Source: an uncultured Gemmatimonadales bacterium (lineage in GTDB: Bacteria > Gemmatimonadota > Gemmatimonadetes > Longimicrobiales > Longimicrobiaceae). From it: a DNA stretch of 64,000 nt. This document shows, piece by piece, positions 1 to 15,611 of this stretch; position 1 is the stretch's first letter, and each line of letters opens with the position of its first letter. The stretch covers positions 3,072,001 through 3,136,000 of the forward strand of contig OY970303.1 of assembly GCA_963716255.1 (NCBI GenBank), read 5' to 3'. The notes under the pieces were generated by a model that ran no database searches, was not told the origin of the DNA, and saw only the letters and a program-made list of their open reading frames with translations. The position numbers were made by a program, and so were the translations under genes.

Positions 1-6201
<6,201 letters not shown>

Positions 6202-6811
6202 TCGGCGCGTTGCGTGTGTACCTTCCGGAGCCTCCGCCGCGCCCGCGCGGGAGACGGAGGATCCCCGCCGCGGCGCCCATGGGCGCCCCCGCGGGGGACG
6301 TGGCGGACCCTGGAGCTGCGGGCGCGCGTGGCGCCCGGCCTGCTGGAGACACTGAAAGCGCGCTCCGGACCCATGCGGCCCGGGCGCACCGGGAACAGAT
6401 GATACCGCGGGCGATTCTCGCTCCGCTGTCCCGATCGGGACGGTGACGGGGATGTGGGATCGGGCAGGGACCCGGCCGGACAGTCCGGACTATATCGTGT
6501 CGCTTTCCATGCGGAACGACGCCGCGGCTGCCCCCGGTCCTCAGCCGCGCGGGCTCCACCCCCCCGGAGCTCCGCCCGATCCTTATCCGACAGGGAAGTA
6601 ACTTACTGCATGGGGCCACGTTTTGGAACCCCTTCGCCCACCACCTGTATGGCTCCCACATACGACGCCGGCACAAGCACTTAGGCTCGCGCGCCGACGC
6701 GGCCACGGCATGCTTTTCCCGTCGCCCCGGGGACGCGCCCTGCCCCGGCGCCCGCCGCGGGCCGGCACGGGGTGAGCTGCACCCCACGTTGGAGATCCAC
6801 GAACCGGTGGC

Positions 6812-6840
6812 TTGACGCATCGCGTATTAGGCGTTAATAT
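6812..6840 (+). promoter_or_regulatory. Sigma70-type promoter for the haloperoxidase operon
   Basis: TTGACG-N17-TAATAT in an AT-rich patch. The same TTGACG -35 hexamer precedes the tRNA operon and rpmH. Confidence 0.7.
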
Positions 6841-6880
6841 TGTCGCGGACACAGAACACCTGATACAGAGGCCGTAGCGA

Positions 6881-7028
6881 GGCCCCTTCCGGCAGAGCGC
6901 CCGGGAAGGGGCCTTTCCGCGTTCCGGACACCCCGGTGAGCGACCTGAGCCCGTCTGTACCGGGCGATCGACACGAAGAAAGGGCCCCGAGGCCCCACCC
7001 GGCACAGCGCCTGGGAGGGGCCTTTTTT
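6881..7028 (+). terminator. Two tandem related hairpins in the 5' leader, the second followed by a T-tract (possible attenuator)
   Basis: GGCCCCTTCC-GGCAGAGCGCC-CG-GGAAGGGGCC-TTT (6881-6916) and GGCCCCACCC-GGCACAGCGCC-T-GGGAGGGGCC-TTTTTT (6991-7028). Confidence 0.6.
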
Positions 7029-7122
7029 CGTTCGCGGAGCCACGGGCGTCGCGGCGGGGGGAGGACGGACCCGGCCGGCCGGCCGGATCCGGGCAGAACA
7101 CCATTCGACCGGCGAGGACAGC

Positions 7123-8895
7123 ATGGCACAGCTACCCAGGCGTGAGGAGGAGCGGCGTCTCGCCGCGCTCGGCATCCGTCAGCAGGCGGCGGAGCTGGCC
7201 GCGGAGCGGCCGCACGTACCCGACCACAACAACGGGGACGAGGTCAACTACAACCAGACGGACGTGACCGCCGCGGGCGAAGACCCGCCCTTCATCGGCA
7301 ACTTCTCCAAGGGGCTCCGGCACGACCCGCTGGGCGACCCCGATCCGGTGTCGTACGGCTCCCTGCTGCGTGCCCTCCAGAGCCGCGACCCGCAGGACTT
7401 CGAGCGGATCCTGCTGGGCACCATCGACCCGGGCGCCCGGCGGAAGAAGCTCACCAACCCGCAGGGCGGCCTGGCCTTCGACCTGGAAGGCCCGGACTCG
7501 CAGGAGCTCACCGTGCCGCCCGCCCCCCGCTTCGACAGCGAGGTGGAGGCGCACGAGGAGGGCGAGCTGTACTGGATGGCGGTGGCGCGCGACGTGGCGT
7601 TCATCGACTACGTCTCCGACCCGCTGATCGCCGCCGCCGTCAGCTCGCTCAACTCGGAGTTCCCCTGGTTCGGCGGGACGGTCCCGGTCGACGCGCAGAA
7701 CGTTTTCCGTGGCATCTACCCCGGGGAGCAGGTGGGTCCCTACGTCTCGCAGTTCCTGTGGAAGGGGAACAGCGACCCCCGCAAGATGCCCGGCGGCGGA
7801 CGCGACGCCAGCGACGGATACATCGCCTACGGCTCGCAGGTCATCGACCAGCGCCAGCAGACGGTGCTCGGCTACCCGGACCTGGGCGCCGCGGCCGACT
7901 ACCTGACCGACTTCGCCTGGTGGCTGCGCGCCCAGAACGGCGAGGACTTCCGCGGGGGCGACCAGTTCGACTTCACCACCCGCCGCTTCATCCGCAACCT
8001 GCGCGACGGGGCCAACTACGTCCACTTCGACCTGGTCATCAACGCCTGGTACAACGCCGCGTGGATCCTCCTGTCGGAGCCGACGGGGAACCAGGAGGCT
8101 GCCGCTCCCGGCGCCGTGCCCATGCGCGACCGCGAGTTCCCCAAGGACGCGGGGAACCCCTACGAGATGCCGGCGCCGGACTCTCCCACGGAGGTGGGCT
8201 TCGTCACCTTCGGCGACCCGCACGTGATCGAGGTGCTGACCGAGGTGGTCGGCCTCGCCGGGCGGGCGGTGTGGTACCAGAAGTGGTACGTGCACCGCCG
8301 CCTGCGGCCGGAGGAGTTCGGCGGGCGCATCGACAACTGGCTGAACGGGCGCCGCGACTACCCCATTCACCCCAGCATCAAGGACTCGCTGCTCACCGGC
8401 GGGCTCTCGCCCTACTTCGGCAGCCCGGGCGACCGCTACCCGTCGTACCTGCTCCCCCAGGCATTCCCGGAAGGGGCACCCACGCACCCGGCGTACGGGG
8501 CGGGGCACGCCACCATCTCCGGCGCCTGCGCCACCATCCTCAAGGCGTTCTTCGACGAGAGCAAGGCCATCGAGAACCCGGTGATCGCCGCGGCGGACGG
8601 CCTCTCGCTGCTGCCGTACACCGGCCCGGACGCGGCGCAGATGACGGTGGGCGGCGAGCTCAACAAGCTGGCGGGCAACGACGCCCAGTTCCGCAACGCG
8701 GCGGGAGTGCACTGGCGCAGCGACTACACGCAGTCGCTGCTGCTGGGGGAGGCGGTGGCGATCCGGCTCCTCCAGGAGCTGTCCACCACCTTCAACGAGG
8801 ACGAGGCGTACTTCCAGCTCACCCGCTTCGACGGGACCACCATCCGCATCGAGGACGGGTTCGTGGACACGGTGCCGGCGAGCCCGGGGTCGTAG
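7123..8895 (+). CDS. Vanadium-dependent haloperoxidase (bromoperoxidase-like, PAP2 superfamily)
   Basis: Vanadate-binding motifs KWYVHRRLRPE, HPAYGAGHAT and RNAAGVHWRSD; GAGGA RBS upstream. Confidence 0.92.
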   Translation: MAQLPRREEERRLAALGIRQQAAELAAERPHVPDHNNGDEVNYNQTDVTAAGEDPPFIGNFSKGLRHDPLGDPDPVSYGSLLRALQSRDPQDFERILLGTIDPGARRKKLTNPQGGLAFDLEGPDSQELTVPPAPRFDSEVEAHEEGELYWMAVARDVAFIDYVSDPLIAAAVSSLNSEFPWFGGTVPVDAQNVFRGIYPGEQVGPYVSQFLWKGNSDPRKMPGGGRDASDGYIAYGSQVIDQRQQTVLGYPDLGAAADYLTDFAWWLRAQNGEDFRGGDQFDFTTRRFIRNLRDGANYVHFDLVINAWYNAAWILLSEPTGNQEAAAPGAVPMRDREFPKDAGNPYEMPAPDSPTEVGFVTFGDPHVIEVLTEVVGLAGRAVWYQKWYVHRRLRPEEFGGRIDNWLNGRRDYPIHPSIKDSLLTGGLSPYFGSPGDRYPSYLLPQAFPEGAPTHPAYGAGHATISGACATILKAFFDESKAIENPVIAAADGLSLLPYTGPDAAQMTVGGELNKLAGNDAQFRNAAGVHWRSDYTQSLLLGEAVAIRLLQELSTTFNEDEAYFQLTRFDGTTIRIEDGFVDTVPASPGS

Positions 8896-8979
8896 GCACT
8901 TCTCGGCAGGACGGTCCGGCGTGCCGTGTCCGCGGCGCGCCGGCCGCCGGATCAACCCACCACACGGAGGATACGACCC

Positions 8980-10077
8980 ATGAAGGCACCGGTACGCAAC
9001 TTCATCATCCGCGACGCCACCGGCACCCGCGAAGCGGAGACGCTGGTGATCGGGCGGGGAATTTCGCTCTCCACCACGGCGGGGGGGCTTCCAGAGCTGG
9101 AGAGCCTGCTCCCGGGGCAGATCCAGCTCGTGCCTTCGGGCGGCGACGACACGCAGGCGATCCGCGACGCCCTGGCCCGCTACGGCGGCGTGAGGCTCGG
9201 GCCAGGCATCTTCACCGTGAGCGGCACCATCACCCTGGCCACCGGACAGGGAGTGGCGGGGTGCGGCTCGCCCCGGACCACGGTGCGCTCCACGCACGCG
9301 GGCGCCGTCTTCGACCTGACGGGCAGCGGCACGTCGATCCAGGAGATGGAGCTGAGGGGCCCGGGCGACGACGTCATCGGGAGCAGGGCCGTGGTGGCGA
9401 CCGGCGCGACCAACATCCGCATGCGCGGGCTGCGCATCGTCCTCTTCGACCGCGGCGTGACGCTGGCGCAGCCCAGCCGGGTGGAGGTCTCGCAGGTGAA
9501 GGTGCTCAGCGTCAACGCCGGCTTCACCCTGACCGGGCCCGGCGCCCAGGTGAGCTTCGCCAACGTGGACGTGGACGGGACGCAGGGCTGGGGAATCAGC
9601 TCCACGTCCATGGAGTGCGTGAGCTTCGCCGGGGTGACCCTCAACGACTGTGCGCCCGGACTGCGCGTGTCCCAGGGCGGCTCGCACGCCCTGAAGGCGA
9701 TCCGTGCCACCTGCGCGATCGAGCTTCTGAGCACGCAGGGGGTGGAGATGGCCGGCGTGAACTGCCTGTCCCGGCTGCGGGTGCAGGACTCCGCCGGCGT
9801 GGCGATCATCGGATGCAGCCTGCAGGGGCTCCTCATCGACGGGGGCGAGGCGATCACGGCGAGCGGGATCCGGTCCGAGACCACCGGCTCGGGGGCCCAC
9901 GTCGTGGTGCAGGGCGGCGCGACCGGGGTGGCGATCACCGGCATCCACCACGTCAACCCGGCGACTCCGCCCACCTACGAGGTGGACGTGTCCGCGGCGG
10001 GAGGGCGGGTGGTGTTCATCCAGCACGACTTCGACCCGGCGCGCATCAACTCAGGCAGCAACTTCGCCGCGCTGTGA
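8980..10077 (+). CDS. Right-handed parallel beta-helix (pectin-lyase fold) protein, paralog 1
   Basis: Starts MKAPVRNFIIRD after GGAGG. DDTQAIRDALA...LGPGIF is a typical beta-helix cap, followed by repetitive V/I/G/S strands. Confidence 0.75.
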   Translation: MKAPVRNFIIRDATGTREAETLVIGRGISLSTTAGGLPELESLLPGQIQLVPSGGDDTQAIRDALARYGGVRLGPGIFTVSGTITLATGQGVAGCGSPRTTVRSTHAGAVFDLTGSGTSIQEMELRGPGDDVIGSRAVVATGATNIRMRGLRIVLFDRGVTLAQPSRVEVSQVKVLSVNAGFTLTGPGAQVSFANVDVDGTQGWGISSTSMECVSFAGVTLNDCAPGLRVSQGGSHALKAIRATCAIELLSTQGVEMAGVNCLSRLRVQDSAGVAIIGCSLQGLLIDGGEAITASGIRSETTGSGAHVVVQGGATGVAITGIHHVNPATPPTYEVDVSAAGGRVVFIQHDFDPARINSGSNFAAL

Positions 10078-10115
10078 CCGCGCGCCGCTGAACCCAGAAC
10101 ACGGGGATACGACTC

Positions 10116-11261
10116 ATGAAGGCACCTGTACGCAGCTTCATCATCCGCGACGATGACGGCACCCGCGAGGCGGAGACGCTGGTGCTCGGGCGCGGGCTCC
10201 GCATCACCGAGACGGCGGGCGGGCTGCCGGAGCTGGAGGGCGTGCACGGCAGCGAGGTGCTGCTCGCGCCCTCCGGCGCCGACGACACGCAGGCCATCAA
10301 CGACGCGCTGGCCACCGGCAAGGACGTGCGGCTCGGCCCCGGCACGTTCATCATCTCGGACTCGCTCGTGGTGGGCACGGCGGGCGGTCAGCGGCTCAGC
10401 GGCAGCGGGGCGGACCGGACGCTGGTCAGGCTCACCACGGCGGGGATTCCGGCCGTGGTCATGGTGTCGGCGTACTGCACCGTGGAGAGGCTGCGGATCG
10501 ACGGGACGAGCGGGACCACCGGGATTCGAGCGGTCTTTTCATCGGGGTTCCACGTACCGGTGACGATTCGAGACCTCAGCATCACCACCAGGGAAGAGGC
10601 CATTCACCTGGAAAACATCGCCTGCGACATCACGAACCTGACGTCGGTCGGGTTGTCCCAGTACGGGATCTACGCCCGGAACCTCACAGGGACGATCCGG
10701 AACGTAACGATCTCCGGCGCCGACATGCAGGGCATCCACATCGAGAACGGCGATGCCGTCATCTGCGAATCCATCCGCGTGACGGACAGCTACGACGCGG
10801 GAATCTTCGTCTCGGGCGGGACCGGATACCGGCTGTCTGCGGTGCACACCGAGGGCTGCTACGTGGGGCTGACCGTCACGGGTGCCGACCTGGTGGCCGT
10901 CGATTCCCTTTTCATCGTGGCCGGCTTCCTGAGCTACGGAATCCAGCTGGACCAGGTCCGCAACATGGCCGTGAACGGGTGCCGGATCCAGGGGGCCAGG
11001 TCGTCGCTGTACATCCTGAATTCCCAGAACGTGGTCGCCGGCGCACTCCTGTCCGACCACACCTACGCTGCCAGCCCGTTTGCCCACCTAATTGTGCAGA
11101 GCTCCAGCGGGGTGTTCGTCACCGGGATGCGCCTCGTGTCCCAGTCCCCTCCCCCGACCTATGAGGTGGACGTGTCCCTCGCGGGCAATCGCGTGCTGTT
11201 CGGACCGAACAACATCGACCCGGCGCGCATCAACTCGGGCGGCAACTTCGCGCAGCTGTGA
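10116..11261 (+). CDS. Right-handed parallel beta-helix protein, paralog 2
   Basis: N- and C-termini nearly identical to paralog 1; GIY/GIH/GIF beta-helix rungs in the centre. Confidence 0.78.
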   Translation: MKAPVRSFIIRDDDGTREAETLVLGRGLRITETAGGLPELEGVHGSEVLLAPSGADDTQAINDALATGKDVRLGPGTFIISDSLVVGTAGGQRLSGSGADRTLVRLTTAGIPAVVMVSAYCTVERLRIDGTSGTTGIRAVFSSGFHVPVTIRDLSITTREEAIHLENIACDITNLTSVGLSQYGIYARNLTGTIRNVTISGADMQGIHIENGDAVICESIRVTDSYDAGIFVSGGTGYRLSAVHTEGCYVGLTVTGADLVAVDSLFIVAGFLSYGIQLDQVRNMAVNGCRIQGARSSLYILNSQNVVAGALLSDHTYAASPFAHLIVQSSSGVFVTGMRLVSQSPPPTYEVDVSLAGNRVLFGPNNIDPARINSGGNFAQL

Positions 11262-11368
11262 GTTGACGTCCTGAAGCACCCGGCCCCGGGCTCTTGCCGC
11301 CGGGGGCACGCCCACACCAGGGCCCCGCCCGGCAGAGCGCCCGGAGAAGGGCGGATGACCTGAACGCG

Positions 11369-11404
11369 GACGCCGGCGCGGGAATCGTCCCCCGCGCCGG
11401 CGTC
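11369..11404. terminator. GC hairpin between convergent genes
   Basis: GACGCCGGCGCGGG...CCCGCGCCGGCGTC inverted repeat between the beta-helix gene and ackA. Confidence 0.5.
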
Positions 11405-11429
11405 TCCGCACTTCCGCACTTCCGTTCCC

Positions 11430-12674
11430 TCAGTACCGCGTCTCGATCCCGTGCACCACGCGCCAGGTGTCCCGGGCGATCAGCAGTTCCTCGTCGGTGG
11501 GGATCACCCACACCTCCGTCCCCGCTCCGTCCGGGCTGACGCGCCCCTCCGCCCCGCCCACGGTGGCCCGGTTGGCCGCGTCGTCCACGCGGATCCCCGC
11601 CCACTCCAGGTCGCGGCAGATCTGCCCGCGGATGGCGGCGGAGTTCTCCCCCACCCCGCCGGTGAACACCACCGCGTCCGCCCCGCCCATGGCCGCCATG
11701 TACGCCCCCACGTACTTGCGCGCCCGGTAGCAGAAGATCTCGATGGCCAGCCAGGCGCGCCGGTCGTCGTGCTCCTCCGCCTCCGCCAGCAGCTCGCGCA
11801 TGTCGTTGGTGAGCCCGGAGATCCCCAGCAGCCCGGACTGCTTGTTGAGGAGCGCCTCCACCTCCGGGAGCGACAGCCCCTCCTTGACGGCGACGTAGTC
11901 CAGCACCGCCGGGTCCACGTCGCCCGAGCGAGTCCCCATCACCAGCCCCTCCAGCGGCGTGAAGCCCATGGAGGTGTCCACCGACACCCCGCCGGAGATG
12001 GCGCACGCCGAGGCCCCGTTCCCCAGGTGCAGCGTGACGATGCGGGTGTCCTCGCGCGAGCGGCCGGTGAGCTGCCGGTAGCGGTAGGCCACGAAGCGGT
12101 GCGAGGTGCCGTGGAAGCCGTAGCGCCGCACCCGGTGCCGCCGGTACAGCGAGTAGGGGATGGCGTACAGGTACGCCCGCTCCGGCAGGGTGTGGTGGAA
12201 GGCGGTGTCGAACACCGCCACCTGCGGGGTCGCCGGTCCAAGGACGGCGCGCACCGCCTGGATCCCCTTGAGGTTTGCAGGGTTGTGCAGCGGCGCCAGC
12301 TCGATGGTCTCTTCGATGCCGCGCAGCACCTCGGCATCGATGGCCACCGAGCGGACGAAGCGCTCGCCGCCGTGCACGACCCGGTGCCCCGCCGCCCCGA
12401 TCTCCGCCACGCTCCCCACCGGCACCCCGGACTCGTCGCCCACGATCCAGCGCAGCAGGAACTCCACGGCCGCCCGGTGGTCGCGCAGCGGCGCCGTCCC
12501 CTTGCTCGCCCCGCCCTCCCCGGCGCGGAAGCTGTACACCGCCTCGCCGCCGATGCGCTCGATCTGCCCGCGCGCCAGGCGGCGGTCCGCGTTCTCGGAG
12601 AAGCGATGCTCGTCCGTGTCCACGAGCTGGAACTTGAGCGACGACGAGCCGACGTTGAGAACCAGGATGTTCAC
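11430..12674 (-). CDS. ackA: Acetate kinase
   Basis: [54 protein letters not shown]. Start placed at GTG 12674. Confidence 0.96.
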   Translation of the reverse strand: MNILVLNVGSSSLKFQLVDTDEHRFSENADRRLARGQIERIGGEAVYSFRAGEGGASKGTAPLRDHRAAVEFLLRWIVGDESGVPVGSVAEIGAAGHRVVHGGERFVRSVAIDAEVLRGIEETIELAPLHNPANLKGIQAVRAVLGPATPQVAVFDTAFHHTLPERAYLYAIPYSLYRRHRVRRYGFHGTSHRFVAYRYRQLTGRSREDTRIVTLHLGNGASACAISGGVSVDTSMGFTPLEGLVMGTRSGDVDPAVLDYVAVKEGLSLPEVEALLNKQSGLLGISGLTNDMRELLAEAEEHDDRRAWLAIEIFCYRARKYVGAYMAAMGGADAVVFTGGVGENSAAIRGQICRDLEWAGIRVDDAANRATVGGAEGRVSPDGAGTEVWVIPTDEELLIARDTWRVVHGIETRY

Positions 12675-12817
12675 GGGAGCGTTCCGCTGCGGGTGTCCGG
12701 TGGTTCGCCCCGGGAGAGTAACAGGCGCGGCCCCCGCGCGACAGCCGGAAAACGCGAGCGCCCCGCGCCGGGAGATTCCCGGCGCGGGGCGCAGTCGGGC
12801 AACGGCGGCCGGCGCCG

Positions 12818-14194
12818 CTACTCGCTCCCGCCCGAGCCGGTCAGCGCGGTGCGCAGGAGCTCCACGGCCGCGCGGAGATCCAGGCTGGCGCCCATGAACC
12901 AGTCCGCGTCCCATTCCGTCACGGTGGGGATCTCGTCGGCAGGCCGCGTGAACTCGTCGCCCAGCCGCAGCCCCGACCGCGGGTCCAGCCGGCTCACCCG
13001 GCCCGCGTGGACGCCCGCCTGGAGGTAAATGCTGTTCACCAGGTCGGCGCTCACCCCCAGGACCGCATTGTTGCGGATGTCGGAGAGCACCACGCCCACC
13101 ATGGGGTTCAGGTGCTGGTACCACGGGGATTCTTTTTCGATGTCGCGGCGTCCCCAGACAAAGGGCGTGTAGGTGAGCGCGTAGAGCACGCGCGGGGTGC
13201 CGTCCCCGGTCTGGGTGAGTACTGTGTCACCCCCGGACCGGGTCACGCCGAAGGTGGGGTCGCGCAGCTCCGTGCGGAAGGCGCCCAGCGCGAACACCCC
13301 GGAGTACAGGGTGTGTACCCCGAAGTCGAAGCTGCCGACCGGCGTCTGGCTCCCGTCGGCGTTGATCACCGAGATCTGCACCTGCCCCTGTCCCGGCGCG
13401 AAGTCGCCGAGCACGAACGCCGTCGAATCGCACCCCGTGGCGGCTTTGAAGTCGAAGGGGAGCGTGCTTCCCTGTCCCACGATGTTGAGCGCGCCGGGAG
13501 TGCGGAACGCCGACTGCCGCTTCACCGCGAGCTGCGGGACCAGGCGTGCATCGCCCACCACCACCACGCGCACCCGGTCGTTCTCGTCCACCCGGTCGCC
13601 CGGGCGGTAGACGACGCTGCCCGCGGGCGTCACGACGAACTGTGCCCAGTTGCGGCTCTCCACGTACGTCTCCGCCCCGTCGTAGCGCAGCAGCTCGGTC
13701 CGGCAGTTCGTGGTGAGCAGCTCGCCCAGCGTGACGTCCGCCCCGGGGATCACGACCGTGGGAATCGTGTCCCCCGCAGCCGCGACGGCCGGGGCGGTGA
13801 GCGGCTGCGTGCCGCCCGCCGGGGTCGCAGCGGAGCCAGTCACCGGCACCCGGCCCAACTCGGCGCTGCCGGAGCTGATCACCATCGTCCCGGAGCTCCG
13901 TCCGCGCAGCATCGACGCGTTCAGGGTGTATCTCGCGCCGGTCGCGGTCGATGCGCCCTTCGCCACCGGGCTGGTTCCCCCCTCGCTCGTGATCCTCAGC
14001 CGGAGCGCGGCGCAGTCCACGCCGCCGCACGTCACTTCGAGCTGCGTGTTGCTCCCGGTGAGCGCGATGGAGTTGCCCGTCGAAAGACCCGTGACGCCGC
14101 CCGGGCCCACGGTCAAGGACACCTGCGCTGCCAGCGCACCGGGAGCCAGGAGGCAGAGCGCCAGCAGCGTGCCTGAACTGATAAGTCTGCGCAT
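12818..14194 (-). CDS. Secreted hypothetical protein, beta-rich, possible C-terminal outer-membrane beta-strand region
   Basis: Signal peptide [23 protein letters not shown]; amphipathic strands near the C-terminus; GGAG RBS. Confidence 0.7.
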   Translation of the reverse strand: MRRLISSGTLLALCLLAPGALAAQVSLTVGPGGVTGLSTGNSIALTGSNTQLEVTCGGVDCAALRLRITSEGGTSPVAKGASTATGARYTLNASMLRGRSSGTMVISSGSAELGRVPVTGSAATPAGGTQPLTAPAVAAAGDTIPTVVIPGADVTLGELLTTNCRTELLRYDGAETYVESRNWAQFVVTPAGSVVYRPGDRVDENDRVRVVVVGDARLVPQLAVKRQSAFRTPGALNIVGQGSTLPFDFKAATGCDSTAFVLGDFAPGQGQVQISVINADGSQTPVGSFDFGVHTLYSGVFALGAFRTELRDPTFGVTRSGGDTVLTQTGDGTPRVLYALTYTPFVWGRRDIEKESPWYQHLNPMVGVVLSDIRNNAVLGVSADLVNSIYLQAGVHAGRVSRLDPRSGLRLGDEFTRPADEIPTVTEWDADWFMGASLDLRAAVELLRTALTGSGGSE

Positions 14195-14203
14195 CTCACA
14201 CTC

Positions 14204-15355
14204 CTATGCTAGGTTTGGAAGAATGTCGCACGAAAGGGAGGAGAGCACGTCACCGATGGGCGAAAACACGTTTACGGTGTCGCTCCCTCCCACCAGCAGA
14301 CCCAGCACCAGCCGCGAGGAGTCTACGAGTGCCGCGCCCGAATCGCCGTTCTTGGCGTTGATCGCCACCACGATGCAGGGGCCGAGGCCCTCCAGCCCCT
14401 GCACGTGCGCGAGCGGCACCTGGATCACTCCACGCTGAACCCTGCCCGAGGCGGCGCCGAACATCGCCACGTCGACCCCGCGGTCCGCCTCCACGTCCAC
14501 CGGGCGCCACCCGGCGACCGCTCCGATTCCCGGGATCCTGCTCGATACCGCGCCCACGTCGTCCACGCTCACCTTTGCGGCGTCCACCCCGCGCCGGGTA
14601 CCCTGGATGAGCCGCCCGAGCGGCCTGGACTGCGGCTGGCCGTCGCAGGGGGCCGTATACACGATGGTGTCTGTGCGCGGGGGGCTGCCCGGGTACTGGC
14701 CCACACCCTCCAGCAGGTGCATGGCCGTGAGCGCCACGGGCGCGTTGGTGTCCAGGTCGACCGCGAACGTCCCCAGCGTTCCCTTGCCTGGCTTCCCCGT
14801 GGGGCCGACGCTGCAGCCCGCGTCCGTCTTCAAGCGCAGCTCCCCCACTTCAAGGATGTCCGTGGGCACCGGCTTTCCCCCGGCGACGCTCAGGAAGGAC
14901 GGCACCAGTCCTTTCTTCCTCTTCAGCCTGGAGGGCGGGACCTTTTCTTCCACCATCACCACGATGCACCGCTCCGGTACCTCCACCCCGCTGCGCACCC
15001 GGTGCGCGATTCCACATCCCACCACGCCGGCATAGTCGAACAAGTCGTCGCGCCGCGCCTCCAGCACACGGCGGGGGTAGCGCCAGCGCGGCGACACCAG
15101 CACGCCCGGCCTCCCCGTCCTGGATGTCTCGGCGGCACGCAGGCGCGCGTGCGCCAGGCGCTCGCGCGCCTCCGCCACCAGGCGGGATGCCTCGTAGGCG
15201 CTGTCGGTACGCTGCAGGCGGACGGCGTGCGTGCCGGCGTGGACGAACTCGCGGACCAGCGCGCGGGTCTCCCGCTCGCTCAACGCGTCCGCCGACTTCC
15301 CCAGTGCTTCACGGATCAGCTGCACGAGTACTTCGTCTCTCCTGGTCGCGGCCAT
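14204..15355 (-). CDS. Trypsin-like (S1/NAL1-like) serine protease without signal peptide
   Basis: Catalytic triad motifs LTAMH, VDAA and GDSGA; GTLG motif; NAL1-like pro-region (GVVGCGI...VPTDILEVG). Confidence 0.8.
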   Translation of the reverse strand: MAATRRDEVLVQLIREALGKSADALSERETRALVREFVHAGTHAVRLQRTDSAYEASRLVAEARERLAHARLRAAETSRTGRPGVLVSPRWRYPRRVLEARRDDLFDYAGVVGCGIAHRVRSGVEVPERCIVVMVEEKVPPSRLKRKKGLVPSFLSVAGGKPVPTDILEVGELRLKTDAGCSVGPTGKPGKGTLGTFAVDLDTNAPVALTAMHLLEGVGQYPGSPPRTDTIVYTAPCDGQPQSRPLGRLIQGTRRGVDAAKVSVDDVGAVSSRIPGIGAVAGWRPVDVEADRGVDVAMFGAASGRVQRGVIQVPLAHVQGLEGLGPCIVVAINAKNGDSGAALVDSSRLVLGLLVGGSDTVNVFSPIGDVLSSLSCDILPNLA

Positions 15356-15611
15356 GCGTACGCTCCGGGAACGGCGGGTGAAGGTCGGCGGGTGCGCCCG
15401 GCGCCGGCGCGGCGGAATGGGCGCGGATGCGCTGCTCGCATCGCGGGGCACACCGATTGGACGGGCACCGGGTGCGATTTTCAACGCGCCGGCGCCCTTG
15501 GGGGCTGCGTCGGGCTTTGCTGCGGGGGAGGGACGCGACGGGAGGCCAAAGGAAAACGCCCCGGCTCCAAGGTAGGAGCCGGGGCGCCGGGAGACCAGCG
15601 GGTGGGGCGGT

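Noticed and set aside
6597..6607. AGTAA-C-TTACT palindrome in the NRPS/VHPO intergenic region
   Set aside because: Could be an operator, but it is too short and single-copy to support.
7132..10091. 964-aa minus ORF and 777-aa plus ORF
   Set aside because: Shadow frames of the haloperoxidase and beta-helix genes; no motifs.
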